Origin: Candidatus Methanomethylicia archaeon
GTDB lineage: Archaea > Thermoproteota > Methanomethylicia > CALHIW01
DNA: 47,956 nucleotides
Reading direction: 5' to 3'
Assembly (NCBI GenBank): GCA_038845975.1
Contig: JAWBQF010000021.1
Span: forward strand, 1 to 47,956
Position numbers and translations under genes: made by a program. Below are positions 41,574-47,956 of this stretch, piece by piece (position 1 is the first letter of the stretch; every line of letters begins with the position of its first letter). The notes below the pieces were generated by a model. It made no database searches. It saw only the letters and a program-made list of their open reading frames with translations, and was not told the DNA's origin.

Positions 41574-42297
41574 GATACTGTCAAGTTATTTTTAGGGAGC
41601 TTTGAGAAGCCGCTTTTGGAGGTGATCACCATTAGGTGGCTCCTCAAAGCCCTTAAGAATAGTGGTTTGTTTAGGATTAATAGGTTTTCGCTCCAGATGA
41701 AGGTTAGGGCAGTTCTGCTTATATGGCTGGCCTAAGCTATAGGGAAATAATCTACGTTCTGGGGTTTGTGCCGTGCAGCTACGAGGCCGTAAGGCTTTGG
41801 TTAGAAGCTGGAACGCGTGACCGTTAACGTTGGAGCTAAGCCTAGGCGTATGGTAGCCGTTGATGAGACTAAGATTAAGGCTAATGGGAATGATGATACG
41901 TATGGGCTGCTATAGATGTCGATACGCGTGAGCTTCTAGCCGTATGGGTTTCATGGCGGAGGAACATCCTCCATCAGAAGCCTTTCTGAGGAAAGTTCTG
42001 GAAGCATGCGCGAACAAGCCCATTATCCTCGTTGATAAGGGTCCTTGGTATCCTGAGGCGCTTCAAGCCCTTGGGCTTGAATTGGTCCATAGAACCTTCG
42101 GTGAGAGGAACCGTATTGAACGATGGTTCAGAACCATGAAAGCCAGGACTAAGCGCTTCTTCAACAACTTCCCAATAAGGAAAAGCCTATCTTCAAGATA
42201 AAACTCTTCATAAGGCTCTTCGTCCTATGGTACAACTTCATAAGGCCGCATCAAACCCTAGGAAGACCGCCAGCAATACCGATAACTTGACAGTATC
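41574..42297 (+). mobile_element. IS6-family element, transposase pseudogene
   Basis: Perfect 16-bp TIR GATACTGTCAAGTTAT/ATAACTTGACAGTATC; fragments VAVDETKIK, YVWAAIDVDT, VDKGPWY, ERNRIERWF; stops and frameshifts; no matching TSD. Confidence 0.92.
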
Positions 42298-42379
42298 TTA
42301 TAAATTTATATAAAAATTTATAAGAATGTAATGTTAAGCTAAAGCCGGTATTTGATGAATAGTTATAATATGGAAAATA

Positions 42380-43843
42380 GTGGGCGTTATTATGTTTATC
42401 CGTAGAGGAAGACGTTTAGAAATACTATCTAAAGATCAGATTTATCGTATTCACTTAGCATCTATTGAAATACTGGAGAATACTGGGGTTAAAATTAATC
42501 ATGAAGAAGCCTTAAGAATGCTTGATAGACTTGGTGTTTATGTTAACTACAAAAGTAAAAACGTGAAAATATCCGAATCCATAGTAAGAGAAGCTCTAAA
42601 AAAGATTCCTTCAGAATTTACATACTATGGAAGAAAAACAAAATTGGATGTAAAAGACGACTACGTATACTATCTAAGTGGCGGCTCCCCCTTAAAAGTC
42701 ATGGATCTAAATGGAAATATTAGAAATGCAACGTTAAAGGACTTATCAGAATTTGTAAGGCTTTACGATGCTTTAAATTATGTAGACTTTATTTCTGGAA
42801 CGTTAACTCCTACAGATATTCCTAATGAATTACGTCACCTATATAGTTTCCTTATAAAGCTGGAAAACACAGTAAAGCCAATTACAGTAGGATCGTTACT
42901 TAATGAGGATGTATGTATGGATGTAATTAATCTTGCATCTATAGCTGCTGGAGGAATTGAGGAACTTCGTAAGAAACCAATAATTATGGCATGGGAGAAT
43001 CCTTTAAGCCCGCTAAGCCATATTAAAAGCCAAGTTGCTCAAATACTTATTTTTGCTAAATATCATCTACCTATTCTAATAGCTTCAGCACCACAATCTG
43101 GATCTACCTCACCAATAACTCTAGCTGGAACCTTAGCTCAGCAGAACGCTGAGATTCTAAGTGGCTTCATTATTGCCTATGCGTCATTAGAAGGTAGAAG
43201 TATGCCCCCATTAATATATGGAACAGCTCCTGCCGTATTAGACTTAAGATATGGAACAATGGTTTATGGCTGTCCTGAAAGCATGCTTATTAATGTTGCA
43301 TCAATTCAGATAGCGAGATATTATGGTATTCCATGTAGATGTACTGCAGGATCTACAGAATCGAAATCAATTGATGTCCAAGCTGGTTATGAAACTGCTA
43401 TGACTCTACTTAGTGTAGCCTTAGCTGGCGGCAACTTAGTAATGAATGCAACTGGTGGGGCGATGGGTCCAGGAGTTGATATTATGAGTTTTGAAAAGGC
43501 AGTTATAGATAATGAAATAGCTGGATATATTGATAGATTTCTGAAAGGCATAGATGTAGATGATGAAACTCTAGCCCTAGATGTTATAAGAGAGGTAGGT
43601 TCTGAAGGACACTATATGAGTAGAAAACATACATTAAAACATTACAGAGAACATTACATACCTATATTAAGTAATAGAAAGCCTACAGAAAGATGGCTTC
43701 TTGATGGAGATGATGTAAGAAGAAAAGCTAGGGAAACAGCTTTAAAAATACTTAAAGAGCACCAGCCGGAAGAGCTAGATAAGAATATAAAAATGGAAAT
43801 AGAGAAGTACATAAATGAGGTTAAAAGTAGAAGGTTAAAGTAA
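42380..43843 (+). CDS. MttB-superfamily corrinoid methyltransferase, non-pyrrolysine
   Basis: IHLAS.EILE.TGV, SPL, G.TSPITLAGTLAQQNAE.LSG, YGCPE, Q.ARYYG.P, SK..D.QAGYE, SFEK..IDNE; no in-frame TAG. Confidence 0.9.
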   Translation: MGVIMFIRRGRRLEILSKDQIYRIHLASIEILENTGVKINHEEALRMLDRLGVYVNYKSKNVKISESIVREALKKIPSEFTYYGRKTKLDVKDDYVYYLSGGSPLKVMDLNGNIRNATLKDLSEFVRLYDALNYVDFISGTLTPTDIPNELRHLYSFLIKLENTVKPITVGSLLNEDVCMDVINLASIAAGGIEELRKKPIIMAWENPLSPLSHIKSQVAQILIFAKYHLPILIASAPQSGSTSPITLAGTLAQQNAEILSGFIIAYASLEGRSMPPLIYGTAPAVLDLRYGTMVYGCPESMLINVASIQIARYYGIPCRCTAGSTESKSIDVQAGYETAMTLLSVALAGGNLVMNATGGAMGPGVDIMSFEKAVIDNEIAGYIDRFLKGIDVDDETLALDVIREVGSEGHYMSRKHTLKHYREHYIPILSNRKPTERWLLDGDDVRRKARETALKILKEHQPEELDKNIKMEIEKYINEVKSRRLK

Positions 43844-43886
43844 TAGGTGGAGTAAATATAAATGATTTAAGAGGCTAAGTAAGGAA

Positions 43887-44828
43887 ATGCTTGAGGTAAA
43901 TAGCCTAACTGTACATTACTACACTAGAAGAGGTATAGTTAGAGCTGTAAGTAATGTAAGCTTTACGCTAGATAGAAGTGAGATTCTTAGTATCTGTGGA
44001 GAGAGTGGATGCGGAAAAACAACTTTAGGTCTTGCACTAATGAAACTTCTACCTCAGAACGCTAAAATTATTGGGGGAAGCATTTTACTTAATGGTAGAA
44101 ATATTTTATCCCTAAATGAAGATGAGCTTTCCAATATACGATGGAGTCAGATCTCAATGATTTTTCAAGGAGCTATGAATGCATTAAATCCTGTTAAGAG
44201 AATTGGTGATCAATTAATTGAACCTCTAATCATACATGGTAAATTTAGTAAGGAGGAGGCTCTTGAAAAAGCTAAAGAACTTTTAAAACTAGTAGGTATA
44301 GATCCAATAAGGATAAACAGCTATCCTCATACACTTAGTGGAGGTATGAAGCAAAGAGCTCTTATTGCTATGGCTCTAATATGTAGTCCTAAAGTAGTGA
44401 TAGCAGATGAGCCTTTTACAGCTCTTGACGTAATGACCCAAGCTCAAATTATTGAGCTTCTAAAGGAATTACGTGAAAAACTAAAATTATCAATTATACT
44501 TATAACTCATGATCTAGCAATAGCATCTGAGCTTGCAACCAAGATCATGATCATGTATGCAGGTAGAGTGGTAGAGTATGGTTGGCGGGAGGATATATGT
44601 GAAAATCCTCTACATCCATATACACAGAGACTTATTAAAGCTATACCCTCCCTCTCAAGTAAAACTACAGTTTTGGAATCAATACCCGGCACACCCCCAA
44701 GCCTTATTAATATGCCGGAGGGGTGCTCATTCAATCCTAGATGTCCATTAGTGCTTAATGAGTGTAGATGGAAGGAACCTATATTAAGAGAGATAGATGG
44801 GAGATATGTTGCATGCCATAGAGTCTAA
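43887..44828 (+). CDS. oppD: Oligopeptide/dipeptide ABC transporter ATPase (OppD/DppD)
   Basis: GESGCGKT, YPHTLSGGMKQR, IADEP, HPYT..L, C.F.PRC...C...VACH. Confidence 0.92.
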   Translation: MLEVNSLTVHYYTRRGIVRAVSNVSFTLDRSEILSICGESGCGKTTLGLALMKLLPQNAKIIGGSILLNGRNILSLNEDELSNIRWSQISMIFQGAMNALNPVKRIGDQLIEPLIIHGKFSKEEALEKAKELLKLVGIDPIRINSYPHTLSGGMKQRALIAMALICSPKVVIADEPFTALDVMTQAQIIELLKELREKLKLSIILITHDLAIASELATKIMIMYAGRVVEYGWREDICENPLHPYTQRLIKAIPSLSSKTTVLESIPGTPPSLINMPEGCSFNPRCPLVLNECRWKEPILREIDGRYVACHRV

Positions 44829-45810
44829 TAATGTAATTATGGAAGTAAAGAATTTAAAAGTATGGTTTCCAGTTCGTACAGGTTTATTAAGCTCTATCTT
44901 GAAGGGGGAAAAGACTTTCATTAAGGCTGTTGATGATGTTTCATTCAGAATAAATATGGGTGATATTTTCTCACTTATAGGTGAAAGTGGTTGTGGAAAA
45001 TCAACACTGGGAAAGGCTTTAGTTGGCTTAGTAGATGTAACAAGTGGAAGAATAATATATAGAGGAATAGAATTAACATCTATTAGTGGAAGAAGCTTAT
45101 TAGAGTTAAGAAGGGAACTTCAAATAATTATGCAGGATCCATATGAGTCCTTACCACCACATATGACTGTATTTGATATTGTTGCTGAACCATTATTAGT
45201 GAATAAGCTTGTAAGTAGTTATGATGAGTTGGAGAATAATGTGGTTAAGGCTTTAGAGGATGTAGGGCTTATTCCTTATCAGGATTTCATGGATAAGTTT
45301 CCACATCAATTAAGTGGGGGGCAGAGACAAAGAGTTGCCATAGCCTCAGTACTAACGCTTAAACCAAGATTTATAGTGGCAGATGAACCCGTTTCAATGC
45401 TTGATGTTTCAGTAAGAGCAGAAATATTAAAGCTTATGCTTAGACTAAAGGAGGAATTTAATCTTACATATTTATTCATTACTCATGACATATCAATTGC
45501 AAAATACATTTCTAATCGCTCAGCAATCATGTATCTCGGCAATATATTAGAAATGGGAGATACTGAAAAGGTAATTGAAGAGCCAATTCATCCCTATACT
45601 AAAGCATTAATATCAGTAGTTCCTGAGTTTAATCCTAAAACATTAAAGAAGAAAATTATTCTAAGAGGGGAAGTTCCAAGCCCAATTAATAAGCCTCAGG
45701 GATGTCCTCTTCATCCAAGATGTCCTCTTACTCAGGAAATATGTAAAGTCAGAATGCCTGAACTAAAAGAACTGGAGACTAGACACTATGTAGCTTGCCA
45801 TCTTGCCTAA
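44797..45810 (+). CDS. oppF: Oligopeptide/dipeptide ABC transporter ATPase (OppF/DppF)
   Basis: KAVDDVSF, GESGCGKST, FPHQLSGGQRQR, DEPVSMLDVS, HPYT, VACHL; true start may be slightly downstream (e.g. 44839). Confidence 0.92.
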   Translation: MGDMLHAIESNNVIMEVKNLKVWFPVRTGLLSSILKGEKTFIKAVDDVSFRINMGDIFSLIGESGCGKSTLGKALVGLVDVTSGRIIYRGIELTSISGRSLLELRRELQIIMQDPYESLPPHMTVFDIVAEPLLVNKLVSSYDELENNVVKALEDVGLIPYQDFMDKFPHQLSGGQRQRVAIASVLTLKPRFIVADEPVSMLDVSVRAEILKLMLRLKEEFNLTYLFITHDISIAKYISNRSAIMYLGNILEMGDTEKVIEEPIHPYTKALISVVPEFNPKTLKKKIILRGEVPSPINKPQGCPLHPRCPLTQEICKVRMPELKELETRHYVACHLA

Positions 45811-45929
45811 TATTATATAATGCGATTTCTAATGACTTAAAATGACAAGTCCTATAGCAAACATAAATACTAGGAAGTAGCTTTCTGTAAACTATTGAAA
45901 TGGTATAGTTTCCCATTATAGCTTTAAAG

Positions 45930-46811
45930 CTAAACTTTTCGAAGCTTTGGATTTATAATCTCATCAAATCCTTGCCCCACCAATATGAACATTAAAACTG
46001 TAGCTGTTATACATATACCTGGCGGCAGAAAGTACCACCATGCTCCTCGTGTAAAAGCTCCAGATTGAAATGCAAAATATAGTATTGTACCCCAGCTTAC
46101 AACTCTTATATCGCCTAAGCCAATAAAGCTTAAAATAGCTTCGGAAGCTATAGCATTAGCAGCAATAACTACGCCGCATGCAAGAACTATTGGAATTATC
46201 TGTGGAACTATATATTTATATATTATCCTCACGTCACTACATCCGATAGCTTTTGCTCTAAGTATATATGCCCTCTCCCTTAAGGACAATACTAGAGATC
46301 TTGTAATCCTAGCTGTATGAGTCCAGCTAGTTACTCCAATCGCAATAATAACATTCCAAATATTTGGTTGTAGTATTGCAGCTAGAACTATCATGAACGG
46401 TAAAGCTGGAAGAACAAGAAACATATCAGTCACTCTCATTAATATCTCACCCTTAATACCGCCAAAATATCCTGACAACATACCTACTGCTGTTCCTATC
46501 AGTACAGCGATAGTTGTTGCTGCTAATCCAATAAGCAGTGAAGCTCTAGAGCCGTGAATGATTAGGCTAAGTATATCCTTACCAACATCATCAGTACCGA
46601 GAATATGGTTATAGCTTGGAGGTCTTAATATTTCTTCACTTCTCTGACTAATATCATATGGACTAATATATTGAGCGAAAAGAGCAGTAAACACCAATAC
46701 TGTAATACCTATTAAGCCAACCATTGCGAATCTATTCGACTTATATATGTCTACAAGCTCTGCAACTACTATTCTATAAAGTGAAAGTCTTCTTTTAATT
46801 CCCTTCCTCAC
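45930..46811 (-). CDS. oppC: Peptide ABC transporter permease (OppC/DppC)
   Basis: HILGTD..GKDI, LMRVTD.FL.LP, EA.LSF.GLG...SWG. Confidence 0.92.
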   Translation of the reverse strand: MRKGIKRRLSLYRIVVAELVDIYKSNRFAMVGLIGITVLVFTALFAQYISPYDISQRSEEILRPPSYNHILGTDDVGKDILSLIIHGSRASLLIGLAATTIAVLIGTAVGMLSGYFGGIKGEILMRVTDMFLVLPALPFMIVLAAILQPNIWNVIIAIGVTSWTHTARITRSLVLSLRERAYILRAKAIGCSDVRIIYKYIVPQIIPIVLACGVVIAANAIASEAILSFIGLGDIRVVSWGTILYFAFQSGAFTRGAWWYFLPPGICITATVLMFILVGQGFDEIINPKLRKV

Positions 46812-47779
46812 TGATATCTCACCCTAGGATCAATTACAATATATAATAGGTCAGCAATGTAGTTGGCAAGTATAACTACTATTGTAAAAACTGTAAATGC
46901 ACCCTGTAGAAGCGGATAATCTCTCCAGAGTACCGATTCGTATATTAATCTTCCAATTCCAGGCCAAGCAAAAACTGTCTCAACAGAAACAGAACCTATA
47001 ATTACATTGCTTAAGTTAATTGAAATCTGAGTTACAGTAGGTAATGCTGCGTTTTTAAATGCATGCTTCCTCAATACTTCACTTCCTCTTAACCCCTTAG
47101 CCTTAGCTGTTAATATATAGTCTTCAGTAATTACATTTATAAGAGAATTCCTCATAAGTAACACATACTGACCCATAAAGTTTATAGAGTATGCTATTAA
47201 TGGAAGAGCAAGATGTTTAATTTCTACAGCAATCCTCGTCCATAAATCTACTTCAAACATTACTCTACCAATACCCCCTGTTGGAAAAATAGGAATTAAT
47301 ACAGCAAATAAATAGATCATTATCATTCCAAACCAGAATGAAGGCATTGAATATGAAAGAACTGAAAGAGCACAGATAACTCTATCATATCTTGACCCCC
47401 ACCTCCATCCAGCTATAGCTCCAAGCGATATTCCAATAATTATCGAGAAAACAGCTCCTAACCCTATTAAACGAATAGTATTAGCTAATCTTTCCAAAAG
47501 TATATTCCAAACACTCAATCTATAAAAGAATGATACTCCAAATTCTCCTCGAAAAACACTTGTTATAAAGATAATGTATTGTTCATGAGGTGGCTTATCT
47601 AAACCAAGAAGCCTCTTAATACTTTCAACTGTTTCTAAATCAAGTCTAGGATCCTTAGCTAAAATACTTGCAGGATCACCTGGAATAAGACGGAAAATAA
47701 TAAATATCATAGTTAAAGCAGTGAAAACTGTAATTATAGCTGTAATGGTTCTCTTAATTATATAATCTCTTAAAGCCAT
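46808..47779 (-). CDS. oppB: Peptide ABC transporter permease (OppB/DppB)
   Basis: PGDPA, GLDKP..QY, DYI.TAKAKGL, ETVF.WPGIG, RDYPLLQG, DPRVR. Confidence 0.92.
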   Translation of the reverse strand: MALRDYIIKRTITAIITVFTALTMIFIIFRLIPGDPASILAKDPRLDLETVESIKRLLGLDKPPHEQYIIFITSVFRGEFGVSFFYRLSVWNILLERLANTIRLIGLGAVFSIIIGISLGAIAGWRWGSRYDRVICALSVLSYSMPSFWFGMIMIYLFAVLIPIFPTGGIGRVMFEVDLWTRIAVEIKHLALPLIAYSINFMGQYVLLMRNSLINVITEDYILTAKAKGLRGSEVLRKHAFKNAALPTVTQISINLSNVIIGSVSVETVFAWPGIGRLIYESVLWRDYPLLQGAFTVFTIVVILANYIADLLYIVIDPRVRYQ

Positions 47780-47830
47780 AATAATCTAAATGAAATTCAT
47801 CATCAAATATTTAAATTTTACCTAATACAA

Positions 47831-47956
47831 GCTTTGTGGCTTAATTATTGTTGTGTGTTTGCTCTTTGTTTTGGTGTTAGGTTTGTGTTTATAGGTTTAT
47901 GATTGTGTTGTATATGTATGCTTTTATTGTAGCTCTTTAGCTATGTTTGTTAGCTC
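47831..47956. mobile_element. Left arm of a MITE/IS relic (truncated by window end)
   Basis: Starts with GCTTTGTGGCTTAAT, identical to the TIR at 10433, followed by strongly G/T-rich sequence. Confidence 0.7.

Noticed and set aside
651-44734. Short antisense/shadow ORFs in the track (e.g. 651-863, 2067-2312, 4930-5214, 6163-6420, 7176-7784, 8267-8500, 8978-9247, 13188-13703, 14035-15513, 16368-16655, 19929-20270, 25287-25790, 32632-33705, 37452-37655, 38707-38958, 40759-40971, 44507-44734)
   Set aside because: They overlap well-supported genes on the opposite strand and have no recognisable motifs
1-47956. CRISPR array, rRNA, SRP RNA or RNase P RNA
   Set aside because: No regularly spaced repeats; all GC-rich islands I could see are explained by tRNAs or IS elements

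Overview
AT-rich chromosomal window from a TACK/Thermoproteota-type archaeon (inferred from L13e, an archaeal histone, SmAP3-type Lsm, DUF1512 and intron-rich tRNAs). It carries mostly housekeeping genes for translation, RNA processing, transcription and proteostasis: aEF1-beta, ABCE1, Lsm, archaeosine TGT, histone, thermosome, L13e, Cdc48, a Urm1/SAMP-like protein, TFE, MBF1, DnaG, Nob1, aIF5A, SRP54, Pus10, Rpo4, L21e, uL16 and Csl4. It also has a membrane-anchored HerA/VirB4-like ATPase, and a non-pyrrolysine MttB methyltransferase next to an Opp/Dpp-type ABC transporter. Two layers are not explained by the ORF track. (1) Nine tRNA genes hold 14 introns with bulge-helix-bulge (BHB) type structures parsed by hand, at least 8 at non-canonical positions (3/4, 15/16, 25/26, 28/29, 32/33, 34/35, 45/46, 53/54). 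They include a triple-intron tRNA-Thr, a tRNA-Arg whose anticodon is assembled through a 3-nt exon, and a tRNA-Trp whose acceptor-stem intron needs the 5' leader to fold. (2) The large intergenic spaces contain many decayed IS and MITE elements, and the old copies share a symmetric strand bias (G/T-rich left arm, A/C-rich right arm) that starts at the terminal repeats. Also notable: a TKxD->TKxN change in SRP54, a 76/77-nt identical tract between the D1 and D2 domains of cdc48, an exact 87-bp duplication of the lsm 5' end around tRNA-Arg, and a rearranged srp54-pus10-rpl21e-rpo4 operon. All calls are by eye; no database searches were run.
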